Below the pieces are notes generated by a model. It saw only the letters and a list, made by a program, of their open reading frames with translations. It did no database searches and was not told the DNA's origin. Positions 13,010 to 25,428 of a stretch of DNA of 64,000 nt are shown here, one piece after another. This DNA comes from Octopus sinensis (taxonomy: Eukaryota): positions 4,774,001 through 4,838,000 of the forward strand of contig NC_043007.1 of NCBI RefSeq assembly GCF_006345805.1, in the 5' to 3' direction. Position 1 is the stretch's first letter, and each line of letters begins with the position of its first letter. The translations under genes and the position numbers were made by a program.

Positions 13010-13047
<38 letters not shown>

Positions 13048-13097
13048 CATCTATCTATCTATCTATCTACTATCTATCTATCTATCATCATCTATAG

Positions 13098-13140
<43 letters not shown>

Positions 13141-13155
13141 GATCTATATCATCTA
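12983..13155. repeat. (ATCT)n tetranucleotide microsatellite
   Basis: Direct reading. Confidence 0.95.
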
Positions 13156-13317
13156 TATATTTTATATTATATATTATTGACATGGCACCACCTCCCTACA
13201 AAGACCAAATCCACTCACAAGGCTACAGTAAAGTACATTTGCCCAAGATGCCATGTGGTAGGATTGAACCCAGAATCATGTGGTTAGTAAGCAAGCTACT
13301 TACCACACAGCCATGGC

Positions 13318-13352
<35 letters not shown>

Positions 13353-13355
13353 CGA

Positions 13356-13396
<41 letters not shown>

Positions 13397-13555
13397 TATA
13401 CAAATATACACACATATGCATATATATATATATATGATGCTATAGAGAAAACGTGGTGTATGTATATATATTTATACATATGTGTGTGGTGTGTGTGTGT
13501 GTATAAGAAGGAAGATAAGAGATAAAAGAGAGACAAAGAATAGAGATGGCATAGA

Positions 13556-13592
<37 letters not shown>

Positions 13593-13769
13593 AGTGAGTG
13601 GCTAGGAGTGAGAATATAAAGAGGTAAAAACAGCTGACAATGGATATTGCAATAAATAAACAAACAAAACCAATACCCCAAAACAAAAAAAATAGCAAAA
13701 ACAAAAAAGGAAAAAAAAAACGGAAAAAGAAAAAGACTTGTTTGCTTGTCATACCAACACATTGTAGTC

Positions 13770-13978
13770 TCCTTCTTCTTCTACTTCTTCTTCTCCTTCT
13801 TCTTCTACTTCTTCTTCTTCTTCCTCTCCTTCTTCTCCTTCTTCTTCTTCTTCTCCTTCTTCTTCTTCTTCTTCTTCTCCTTCTTCTTCTTCTTCTTCTT
13901 CTTCTTCTCCTTCTTCTTCTTCTTCCATCTCCTTCTTCTCCTTCTTCTTCTTCTATCTCCTTCTTCCATCTCCTTCTT
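13770..13978. repeat. (CTT)n microsatellite
   Basis: Direct reading. Confidence 0.95.
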
Positions 13979-13980
13979 AC

Positions 13981-14207
13981 CTGCTACGCCTCCCACCACC
14001 ACCACCACCGCCGCCGCCCCTCTGTTTGTCTTCAGACATTACGCATCGCAGAGGTTCCTTCCATAGTTCCTATAATGGTCATTTACTATTAATATTGTAT
14101 TGTTGTCTGTCCTTTTACGCGCAGCAGACAGCTTTCGATATGAAGGAGTGGGAGGCGGCAGTTGAGAGACGGAGGCGGTGGCGTGAGTGGTGGAGGGAGT
14201 AGAGAAG
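13981..14207 (-). other. Candidate exon in a CpG-containing unique island; possible start MSEDKQRGGGGGGGGGRRS; strand ambiguous
   Basis: Minus strand: acceptor ctctctctttcttacag, donor CAG|GTAAGA, ATG at 14039 preceded by an in-frame stop. The plus strand also has an acceptor (14035) and donors (GTGAGT at 14182, GTAAGA at 14210). Confidence 0.35.
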
Positions 14208-14534
14208 CTGTAAGAAAGAGAGAGAGGGAGGGAGGGGGGGTCCGTATGCTCGGTTGATTATTGCTGTGTTTTTGTTTGATCTTTTTCTTTTATCTTTTAT
14301 GCTTGCATTCAGTTTATATTGTTACTTGTGCCTATACAAACATGTGTGTGTGTATGTGTACAGTGGTGTGTGTGTACAGTGTGTATGTGTACAGTGTGTG
14401 TGTTGGTGCATGTGTGAACGTTTGTATATAAACTGATATGTATGTATTGTATGTATGTATGTATATGTGTGTGTGTTTGTGTATTACCACATTTATATTT
14501 GTATATTTATGTATATATATGCATAAATATTTGT

Positions 14535-14602
<68 letters not shown>

Positions 14603-14625
14603 ATGGTATATATGTATGTATATTA

Positions 14626-14658
<33 letters not shown>

Positions 14659-14802
14659 ATATATGTATGTATGTATGTATATGTATATATATGTATATAT
14701 ATATATGTATATATATGTATATATATGTATATATGTCTTATATATATATATATATACACACACATACAAATATACATAAATAGTGTTCATTTGTCTTTGT
14801 AC

Positions 14803-14839
<37 letters not shown>

Positions 14840-15587
14840 GAAGGAGAGAGAGACGATGTTTGAGAAGAAGAGAAAGAGAGAGAGCCTTTTAGCTATGTCT
14901 TTGTTGGAGTGGACAAGCATTAACCACAGCTAAATTTAACTGGATAGGGCGTAGCTATATCTATCATGGTCTGTCTGTGTGTCCATGAGCTTGTATATGC
15001 ATGTGTGTGTGTGTGTGTTGTGATTGTGTGTGATTGTGTATATGTATGTGTGCGCATAGAGAAGAGTTCTTCATGTCTGTCTGTTTGGTTAAACAAGAAC
15101 CTGGGAAATCTGTGAACCAATGTAATGTTTTGCCATTTTTGTTTTTGCTTTCTTTAACATCCTATTGGGGACTGTGCATAATATGTTTTGCTGCAGTTGA
15201 CAGAAGCTACATGGAAGCCGATTGTACATGCATGCACTCACCCACATGACTCTCAGTGTGCATGTGTGTTTCTATAACAGATACATAATTATTGAAGTCT
15301 GCTGGAGCTTCGCCCATGGTTGACCACGATTGTGACAGAGCCATGATCAGCCAAGAGGAGAGACCATTATTTTTATATATTGTAAATATGCTTATCTACT
15401 CTACACAATGTACTGAGTTCTAAATCAGATAATATTTGCACCATTAATAATAGATTATTTTCTTACAACCCTTACATTACGATATATATATATATATATA
15501 CACATACATATGCCTATATATATATATATATATATACACATACATATGCCTATATATATATATATATATATATATAGATACATATGT

Positions 15588-15630
<43 letters not shown>

Positions 15631-15663
15631 TATATGTTATATATATATATACATATATATATG

Positions 15664-15793
15664 TTGGCATTATGAAGGGCATCCAGCTGTAGAAACTCTG
15701 CCAGATCAAGATTGGAGCCTGGTGCAGCCATCTGGTTCGCCAGCCTTCAGTCATTCGTCCAACCCAGGCTAGCATGGAAAGCGGACGTTAAAC

Positions 15794-15823
<30 letters not shown>
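15664..15823 (+). mobile_element. RTE 3' end with (GAT)n tail
   Basis: gaagggcatccagctgtagaaac...gcatggaaagcggacgttaaacgatgatg. Confidence 0.85.
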
Positions 15824-15824
<1 letters not shown>

Positions 15825-16485
15825 TATATGTATATATATGTATATATGTGTGTGTTCGTGCGTGAGTGTGTATACACACATATGTCTATATATGCATGCA
15901 TGTATATAAGCAGTGTGATTATATATGTATGTGTATATATTATAAGTGATATGCCTCCTTATTCCTTAATCCACACATGGTTTTAAATATGGAACAAAAT
16001 TATCCGAAACCTTGAAAAGCTGAATCCCAATGTAAACCGGATCCTGGACAGTTTAATATGACTTTTTCCTTCCACTGCAAATTCTCTTTTAGCCATAACA
16101 CACACAAACATGTATACATTAAAAACCTTTCTCTGTACAAAAAAACTGAAAGTAACCCGTGATCCCTTTTTTTCCCCCTCTTTCCTTCTCACTTATGTGT
16201 CAAATTTATTTTATGAATACATACATCAATATATTTTCTGTTAAACTATAATACAACAACATTTAGTTTCTGAATACATATTTTTATATTTTTATTTTCA
16301 TACATATAAATACATAGAATAAAGCATTTTCTTCCTTGTGTTAAAATGATAAACTTGTTTTAATTACATAAAAATATATAGAAATTCGATGCATTTTCAA
16401 TGTTTTCTTAGTATCGTTTCTATATATATAACACATATGTTGGTATGGGTTGGACATGTCTTACTGCACTATCTCTCTCTCTCTT

Positions 16486-16518
<33 letters not shown>

Positions 16519-16609
16519 CCCTTATCATGACTCTTGATCACCTGATCAGAGAACAAAATCATAAGTTTTTGTTGTGTGTCATGTTTTCTTTTTTCCACAT
16601 TTTATTTAA

Positions 16610-16845
16610 CCAGGTGGCATGTAAAAAGCCCAATTTGAGTGTGGTCGATGCCAGTGCCATCTGACTGGCACCCATGCCGGTGGCACGTAAAAAGCACCCA
16701 CTACACTCTCAGAGTGGTTGGCGTTAGGAAGGGCATCCAACAATAGAAACTTTGCTAGATCAGGATGGAGCCTAGTGTAGGCTTATGGTTTGCCAGTCCT
16801 CAGTCAAACCGTCCAACCCATGCCAGCATGGAAAGCAGACGTCAC
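16610..16845 (+). mobile_element. RTE 3' end fragment
   Basis: Same 3' UTR family. Confidence 0.8.
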
Positions 16846-16861
16846 ATATATACATTCAAAA

Positions 16862-17070
16862 TGTGACCGCGTGTGTATCCGTTGGCGATTTTTTTCCTCT
16901 GTCTTCCCTTCTCTGGATCTTTCCTTTTCCTATGTTTCCGATGAAGAGCTCCGCTCGAAAAGTTAAACCCTCCTTCTTTCCTTCTTTACTGAGCGTCCAA
17001 TAATACTATATTTGTTCCACGTCCTCACGTTGTTGTGTTCTTTTGTGCTTTCATGTTTGGCTTAACTATA
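16862..17070 (+). mobile_element. Short Penelope-tail-like repeat (family F) with hammerhead-like motif at 16934-16968
   Basis: GTTT-CCGATGA-A-GAGC/tcc/GCTC-GAAA-AGTT-AAAC. A second copy starts at about 63951. Confidence 0.65.
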
Positions 17071-17075
17071 TATAA

Positions 17076-17109
<34 letters not shown>

Positions 17110-17110
17110 A

Positions 17111-17629
17111 CTAGCAGTATCGCCCGGCGTTGCTCGGGTTTGTAAGGGAAATAACTATATAAGCATTTTTAGAGAGTTACTTCCCTTATAGATGCCAATT
17201 CGGGCTTTCTTAGCCATTTCTGTTTTGGTGTCTTCAAGCCATGAAGTCGTTGTTCTAAAAGAACGCTGGTCTCCTTGACAATGCATTACGACGTTGATTT
17301 CCTTAAACTCCCTTCCCCACAGCTTCACGAGGGAGGGAAGAAGGGGGAGAAGCAAACACAGGTGCAGGTGTTTGAGCGTGGACATCACTCAACTCGCCGC
17401 CATCGACACACGAAAAAATATGCATTAAAATGGAATAAAAATTATGTTAAATTATTTTTTAAATCGTAGACTCATCGTAGACGCACGCTAATAGCCAGAC
17501 GGGCTCGATATTAATCACGACTATAAGATACCCGAATTTGGTTAAACTGCACCGCAAAATGTGGGAGGAGTTAGGAATCTAAATCGTAGGAGACAGACAC
17601 TCACACAACTACAGTTTTATATATATAGA
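17111..17629 (-). mobile_element. Non-autonomous Helitron, about 519 bp
   Basis: Minus strand reads A|TC...CTAG|T, with a GC-rich hairpin cccgagcaacgccggg 8 nt before the CTAG. No TSD; inserted in (AT)n. Confidence 0.85.
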
Positions 17630-17794
17630 TATACACACACATATGTTTATATATATATATTATATTATATTATATTATATTATATATTATATGTATACAT
17701 GAGTGGATGCAGGTGTATTTGTGTCTCTATGACTTGACAAATTGTGATTGTTGTAAATAAATATCACCATCATACAAGCAGTGATGTTTTTTTC

Positions 17795-18340
17795 ATAGCC
17801 TCTTGCTCTCTTCCCCTTCACACTTCCTGTCAGAATGATCTTGGCCAGTGACTTGTGGCACATTGCATGCCCGAAATTTGTGGACTTTATTCTTCAAAAT
17901 AAGTTCCTTTGGGTGTTCAGTTTTTCTAGCACTGCAGTGTTGGTAACCCTGTGTTTCCAACTTATTCTGCCCAATCTGCAGAAACCCATGTTACAAGTGG
18001 TCCCATATTTTCTGTTACTGTATATATTGTTTAAATTCCTGTCCTGTGGAGGACAATTGGCATAATATAACAGTTCATTTGTCTCAGTTTTTGGTGCAGG
18101 GATATGTTTTTTGAGGCGAAGTTCCCTTTCATTCTTACAAATGTTGTTTTAGCTTTATTCTTTGAACAACCTCCTCTACACAGCAACTTTCCTGATTTAT
18201 TACTTGGCCTAAATACTTGAAGATTTTTGTTTGTTCAACCTTCTGCCTCTTTATATTTATTTTCTTTGGTTCTGTCTTGTTAATAACCATTATCTTTGTC
18301 TTTTTTTCCCCCATTCACGTTGCTTGTCATTGATCTCCAC
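17795..18340 (-). mobile_element. Decayed RTE LINE, ORF C-terminal third
   Basis: KTKIMVINK...KVEQTKIFKYLG...AKTTFVRMK...NISLHQKLR...CYIMPIVLH...GRISWKHRVTNTAVLEKL...SLAKIILTGSVKGKRARG. Confidence 0.85.
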
Positions 18341-18629
18341 TGCATATTTTTAGAATCAGGTGACTTGTGATTAATGTGAATAAAACGAAAACAAACAGTT
18401 GTAGACAGAGACAAAACCTCCATTGTAAATGCAAGATTAAGCTTTGAGTGAGAAAGGCTGAGTGCAAATGAATCGAGAGAATGGCTGAGTGCCATATGGG
18501 GCCACAAGTGGTCAAGGATGACCACAGACATATGCACAGGCCTTGACAAAATTTTTTAAGGAAGTTTTGCAATTGACTATGCCTTTTTTTCCCACCCTTC
18601 TGATGATATTTAAAGGTTAAAGGTTGAGG

Positions 18630-18864
18630 CCCCCACTTTAGTACTCTTGTTGCTATAGTTCTGTTTAAAAACACTGTCTTTGTTTCAAGTGCTTTTGGAG
18701 ATAACGAAGAATTTAATAACATAACTGTGCCATTATTAACATGGTACTCGAAACATCAATTAGCATGAAGTTTTAATGGAAAGATTTTTTAGATCATTTT
18801 AAACAGAGATTTCATATGAAAGAGCAAGGGACCGGCTCAGGTGGGTTGGAATCAAAGGTGTTAA
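18630..18864. mobile_element. Possible degenerate piggyBac-like MITE end
   Basis: Ends gggttggaatcaaaggtgTTAA; the other end is not recognisable. Confidence 0.3.
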
Positions 18865-20853
18865 GGGTGATATAGCTGGGTCCATGTGTTGTTGTAGATG
18901 TTACTATCAGAATATAAATGTCCAGAACAGAGACTAAAAGGAATGTTTTCTTTTCTGGATGGGTAACTCTTTTAGCAACCCTGAAATGATGAAAGACCAA
19001 GTTGAACTCAGTGGGATTTGAACTCAGAGGCTGAGAGTCAAAACAAATACCAAGAGGCATTCTGTTGAAAGCTTTAACAATTCTGCCAATAGACAGCCAA
19101 CTAAATATGGCTGAAGCATTTGTAAGAGAATGTTTGTGCTGATAGGACTAGGAAATGAAATGAATGATTCCCACTGGCAAGGAACCAAAATGGTAAATTA
19201 CTGATAGAACAGATCTATGGTAACGATAGATTTTTTTTTTTAGTGTGTCTGTTAATTCTATCATTTTCTCTTGCTGTTCCCAAACCAGGTGGGCTCTAAG
19301 GTTGCAGGTATTGAGAATGACCATACAAAGAGATACTGAATTTCCAAATATTTCGTTGACCAATGACCTTCGGTAAATTAATATTGAGATGAATGGTAGA
19401 AAGTATATCAGTCATTACATATAATGAATATTTGTTGATTGACACAACTCGTTAACACCTGTGAATTGGAGAGAATGATAAGTACAACAAAAACCACATT
19501 GACTCGCGTAAATCCTGAAGTAGTTCCCTGATTAAGTTGAATTTACCCAAGGATAAGTGAAAGGAATGAGAGATTATCATACAGGAGGTAGAAAGCAACA
19601 TGACCTGTATAAGCCTGGGATAATCAAAGGAAACTAGACAAAATCTATTGAAGTTAAATCTAAGACAATGGGGACTGTTATCCAACATGGTCTTGTACAA
19701 AAAAATTATGCAGATTTGAACATAACTGGAGTTGCTTTAGTGCACGCTCGTTTCATGTGTGCTAAATGGACATTCAAATGATGATAATGAATAAAAAATA
19801 AACATTTAGAAATAACCATTTATGTTCCAGTATTTAAAACGCTGAAGAATGAAATATATGATTCAGACATTTAATGGCCTAAATATTGTTGTTATGGTTT
19901 TTTTTATTTCATTGATTGTTCAAAGATCTGTTTGTTTCAACTAGAAATCATTTCTCTGTTTGGTCTGACATTTACATCACACAACGCTTTTCTTTCTTTT
20001 TTCTTATTTATTTTATTTTATTTGTGTTTTTATATTTTTTTTTTTTTTGCAGCTGCTTTTCTGTTAAAACTGTTTGGTTAAGAAGTTGGCTTTGCAAATA
20101 CATGTTTTCAGTTTTGGATTTCACGGCTTGGCACCTTGAGAAAATATTTAGCACAGAATTAAATTGGACTAAAACAGTGAAGCTCAACCTCAGAAATATC
20201 AAGCCCCACCCCTCAAAACCAAAAACAAAAAAACAAAAAAAATTTTTTTGAAATTATTTTTCTCCTCTGCCCCTCCCCTTTGATAATTTCTTCTGGTTCA
20301 GACACAAAGTCAATAATTTTAAGGAGGGAAGGGGTTTTAGTCAATACCATTGAAACCACTTCTTGGCTGGTACTTTGTTTTGTCGACACCGCCACCCTAG
20401 GGGGAGGGGGTGAAACGCAAGGTTGACATTGGCAGAATTTGAACTCATGAAGTAAAGAATCAAAAGAAATCCCACATAGGATGTTTTTCCCATTGCTCTG
20501 TTGACTCAGCCAAACAATCACATCCAACTCCATTTCCATCTTTATTCAAGGGAACAACCCACACCAGCATGGAAAGCAGTCGTTAAATGTTGATGATGAT
20601 GATGATGAGGAGGAGGAGGAGGAGGAGGAAGAGGAGGAGGAACACAAATTAGATATTGCATCAGTATAATACTGCTGTTTTCACCATGGGGTTGGACAAG
20701 TTTAAGAATCTCAATTTTATCAAATGTATTAATTTGTTCAGCATCAACCCCCATCACAAGACTGTTTCAAGTCTGAGGACTCACCACCACCACCACCACC
20801 ACCACTTCTACTTCTGCTGCTGCAGGTGCTTCTACTATTTCTGATGTTATTTG

Positions 20854-20948
<95 letters not shown>

Positions 20949-21044
20949 AGAAATCACTACTTCAGAAATCACTGAGTCTGAGATTTAAACAAATAGAATG
21001 ATTTTCTCATCTTGTAGGAACGAAGCCATGGTTCTTGCAAGATT

Positions 21045-21534
21045 GAGTGAAGATGCTTCTCTATAGCAGTTTGGGAGCATTCCATTTTCTCTGCTAGTTC
21101 CCTTGTCATTTGACAAGAATTTTCGTGCAAAAGTTGGTTTAATCACTCTTCATTGAACTCAACTGGACGGCCAGAATGAGGTGCGTCTTTGAGGTCAAAG
21201 TTTCCATTTTTGAACTTGGCATACTGATCATGAGAGGTTCTTTCAGCTATGGCATCCTCTCCATACATAGCACAAATGTCGCGAGCAGCTTTTGCGGCCT
21301 TAGAACCTTGATTAAAAGCAAAAAAGAAGGAGGTGTCGAAAATACTTGTTTTTCTTAACTTGACATTCCATTTTAATGATCTGAAAATAAACAAAAATTA
21401 ACTAAAATTAACTAAAATCAACTAGAAAAAAAAAGAACAAAATAGATTCCAAAATGATTCAAAAATAGAATTCTTGGAAAAAATAGATTCCAAAATAAAA
21501 AAAACACAGAAGAAACTTATTTACCAACCTAATA
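21045..21534 (-). mobile_element. Mariner 5' half (TIR and transposase N-terminal HTH), decayed
   Basis: TIR ttaggttggtaaataagtt flanked by TA. Translation FAFNQGSKAAKAARDICAMYGEDAIAERT...KFKNGNFDLKDAPHSGRPVEFNEE*LNQLLHEN...TRELAEKMECSQTAIEKHLHS. Confidence 0.9.
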
Positions 21535-21562
21535 TATACACACACACACACACACACATATA

Positions 21563-21606
<44 letters not shown>

Positions 21607-22060
21607 CATATGTATATATATATGTATGTACATACATACATACATGTGTGTGTGAAAGTGTGTGTACACACATACACACACACATGCATGTACAAACACA
21701 CACACAGAGTTAAATAAGATTCAGGTAAAAAGACTGTGTAGAATGCTATGCAAAGCTTGTCCACAGTTATTGGCTACCTGATGCCATCATACAGTAGAAA
21801 TGCTCCTGCTACTGGATATACATCAGGAACTCCATAGTACCCATAGTGTTTATATAAATAGATGAATAATAGAAAGTGGAATTAATGATATTGGTGTAAC
21901 AATATGTTGAAAGAATTGTAATGATTTTGAATAAAGAAAGACATTCAATCCATTTTCTATTATTTATATGTGTGTGTGTAGGAGAGAGATAAGTGTGTGC
22001 GCATTTGTGTGTGCTTGTATATGTATATATATATATACATACACACACACACACACACAC

Positions 22061-22097
<37 letters not shown>

Positions 22098-22109
22098 TGT
22101 ACATAATAA

Positions 22110-22141
<32 letters not shown>

Positions 22142-22641
22142 TATATGTATATATACACACACACATATATATATATATGTCCATAAGCACAAGCAGGCTT
22201 GAGGAATATGTTTACATGAAGCACAAAAAATAGAGATTTCAGAAATTACAGAAGGAAGAAAATAGATAAAAGAACAGAACTATGCAAGGCCTTATCTCGA
22301 GAGCCGTTTCAAGACGGCCATAGCTTGCATAATAACCTAATTCATATGCAATATGTGCGTATGATGTCATAGGTTTGTCTCCTGCGACAAGTCTTGACAA
22401 AATCATTAAAAAGCAACGAGGAAAATGCAAATTCTTTGGCAATGTTTACAAATATGAAAATATTAAGAGAGCAGAGGCGTGTAGGAAGGAAGGGGTCAGA
22501 TGATGTGGAGGGGATAGTAAAATAGAAAGGATGGGTTTAGGAAACAAAATACGATGGGTTTAGGAAACAAAATACGATATTGACAAAAACCAGGCATAAA
22601 AGTCCTTCAGTCCTATATTTAAGAAACGAGGGATTACGGAC

Positions 22642-22882
22642 ATTATTTGCATTATTTATATTTGATGGATATTTGCCCTCATCTTGTTTGTTGTTAACAC
22701 AATGTTTCAGCTGATATACCCTCCAGCCTTCATCCCACGGGCATATGGTGTAGTGGTTAAGAGCACAGGGCCATAAACCTCAAGAATCCAAGTTGACCTG
22801 AATAAAAATAATAATAATCCGAATGACCTGAATAATAATAATAATAATAATAATAACAATAATAATAATAATAATAAAACTA

Positions 22883-22937
<55 letters not shown>

Positions 22938-23119
22938 TAACAATAGTAATAATAACAATAATAATAATAACATTGAAAAATATCTTAGGAATGAGAACCT
23001 AGGTTCAAAATTTCCGCAACACACCTGATGAAGGTTGGAGGGTGTATCAGCCGAAACGTTGTGTTAACAACAAACAAGATGAGGGTAAATATCCGTCGAA
23101 TGTAAATAATGTAAATAAT
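22642..23119 (+). mobile_element. tRNA-headed SINE-like element with Penelope-type hammerhead tail and 93-bp inverted repeat
   Basis: 22642-22734 is the reverse complement of 23027-23119. A-box-like tggtgtagtggttaagagc near 22747, internal (AAT)n, hammerhead at 23021-23064. Confidence 0.8.
23021..23064 (+). ncRNA. Minimal type I hammerhead ribozyme motif with intact core
   Basis: ACAC-CTGATGA-A-GGTTG/10 nt/CAGCC-GAAA-CGT-T^-GTGT. Helix III is the loopless palindrome ACGT. Confidence 0.75.
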
Positions 23120-23179
23120 AAAAGTCTTTGTTAAGTAAGGAAAATACCAGAGCTGTTCTATTCATTCCTTAATTCTTTT

Positions 23180-23394
23180 AGTCTTTCACTAGTTTCACTC
23201 ACCGGACTCTGGCCATGCTGGAGCACCACCTTTAGTCAAACAAATTGTCCTGAGGACTCATTGTTTGTAAGCCTAGTAATTATTCTATTGGTCTCTTGGC
23301 CAAACCACTAAGTCATGGGGATGTAAACACACCAACATTGGTTGTCAAGCAACGGTGGGGGCACAAGCACAGACACACAAATACATACATATGC

Positions 23395-23432
<38 letters not shown>

Positions 23433-23580
23433 ATATTGGCAGGGCGAGACTGCTATGCCAATATACATATATATTAGAATTTTCTCTGACTTCTCAGATT
23501 TTTTGTATGCTGGACTACTGGTTTTAAATTGATATTAAAATTAATATTAATTTATCTCCCTCATTATTTAAATATATATA

Positions 23581-23631
<51 letters not shown>

Positions 23632-23825
23632 TATGTATGTATATATGTGTATATGTATATATACATCGGGCTTCTTTCAGTTTCCATCAATCAAATCCAC
23701 TCACAAGGCTTTGGTCAGCCCAAGGCTATAGTAAAAGACAATTACCCAAGGTGCCATGCAGTGGGACTGAACCTGGAACCATGTGGCTGAGAAGCAAGCT
23801 TCTTACCACTCAGCCATTCCTGCGA
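23180..23825 (-). mobile_element. Composite SINE with a secondary insertion in its central microsatellite
   Basis: 3' half at about 23180-23400, head at about 23665-23825. The segment 23437-23575 resembles the 31420-31510 repeat tail. Confidence 0.75.
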
Positions 23826-24159
23826 TATTCATAAAAAAATTAATACCTGCAGTTCCCATTTCGGGAGTCTTGGTTTGTGTCTGATATAAATAGCAATAAC
23901 CAATCAATCTCTCTGTGGACAGAAAACAAGACTGCACGTTGCACTAATGATTTTTATTACAAGAAAGGAAACTAGCAAAGATAATTCTAGGATTTTTCCT
24001 ATCCACAGAAAGATGTTAAAATGTGTTGTCATCCCTTTACTTTCACATCAAGGATTATGATTCACGAATTGTAGCAATAACTACATTGTTATTTGCGAGT
24101 CCAAGGTTGTTGTAGAAGACACTTGCCCAAGGTACAGCACAACATAAACAAATTCCCGT

Positions 24160-25230
24160 GTTGATGATGATGGTAATGAGGATGATGATGATAATGATGA
24201 TGATGATGGGGAGGAGGAGGAGGCTAAGAGTTGGAGGAGGTGATGTCAGTGGTAGCAGAAAATGGCTGATGGTGATATTAGTGTCTGTTGTTGCAAGGTT
24301 GGCATTGATGGTGGTGATGGTTGACATTAAAGATATCTGATATCTGTTGTAATTAAGCGAATGAAAAGGTTACTGGTGCTGGATCTTGTGGTAGTGTTGG
24401 TAGTGATGATAGTGGTATTAGTGGTAGTACTAGTGGCTATGGAGGTGATGGTGGTGGTGGTGGTGGTGGTGGTGGAGCTTGTGGCCATGAAGGTGGTGGT
24501 AGTGACAGTCGATCATGTTGTGGTAGTAGTAGTGGTGGTGGTTGTGGTGGTGGTTGTGGTGGTGGTGGTGGTTGTGGTGGTGGTGGTGCTGGTGGTGGTA
24601 GTGGTGGTGGTGGTGGTGCTGGTGGTGGTGGTGGTGGTAGCAGCTATGGTAAGGACATTGAACTTGAATGCAATAATAACTGTGATGATGACAAAAATAA
24701 TGATGAGAATCACAATGATGTTGATGATAACGTTGCTGCTGTTTATGATGATGTTGATGATAACAAGAAAGAAGATATCAATGATGATGATGAGGAGGAG
24801 GAGGATGATGACGATGACGATGACAACAATGACGATGAGGATGATGATGATTGTGGTGATGGTGATGATGGGGATGAGGAGAATGGTGAGAATGATGACA
24901 ATGAGAATAATAATGTTGATGGTGACGATAATAGCAACAATGATGATGATGGGGAGGAGGAGGGATGGAGGAGGAGGAGGTGGAGGGATATCATGATAAT
25001 GATAATGATGGGGACGATGTCGCTGGCGATTGTCATGATGATGATGATGATGATGATGACGATGATGACGATGATGACGATAACGATGATGACAATGATG
25101 ACGATAACAGTGATATTACCCGATGATGATGATGAGGATGATGATGATAACGATGATGACAATGATGACGATAACAGTGATATTACCCGATGATGATGAT
25201 GATGATGACGATGATAACGATAACAGTGAT
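24160..25230. repeat. (GAT/GGT)n trinucleotide low-complexity field
   Basis: Direct reading; source of the poly-V/M/D ORFs. Confidence 0.95.
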
Positions 25231-25235
25231 CTTAC

Positions 25236-25428
25236 CCGACGTCTGTCTGGTGGTGTGTCGTTGTCACATGAATGAATTGGCCATCCAACAGAACTGCTCA
25301 TCAAGTCACTCTGTCACAGACCTAATTACATTGTTGCCAACTCTTCCAAATTCCAAATTCCAGTCATGTTATCAGAGGAAGCCATCTTTAATTCCATTCT
25401 TTGCATCCAAACAGACAAGTAGTCACTG
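25236..25428 (-). other. Weak candidate exon, possibly non-coding
   Basis: Unique sequence bounded by a tandem CAGCAG acceptor (25431-25426) and a CGG|GTAAGA donor. No long open frame. Confidence 0.25.

Noticed and set aside
13640-14092. Poly-Leu ORF resembling a signal or transmembrane protein (also 22707-23024)
   Set aside because: Produced by (CTT)n and (AAT)n repeats.
24361-24996. 211-aa Val/Met-rich ORF and similar poly-H/D/S/I ORFs at 10345-10873, 25790, 45811, 49038 and 56211
   Set aside because: Trinucleotide microsatellites; open on both strands and in several frames, with no splice or domain support.
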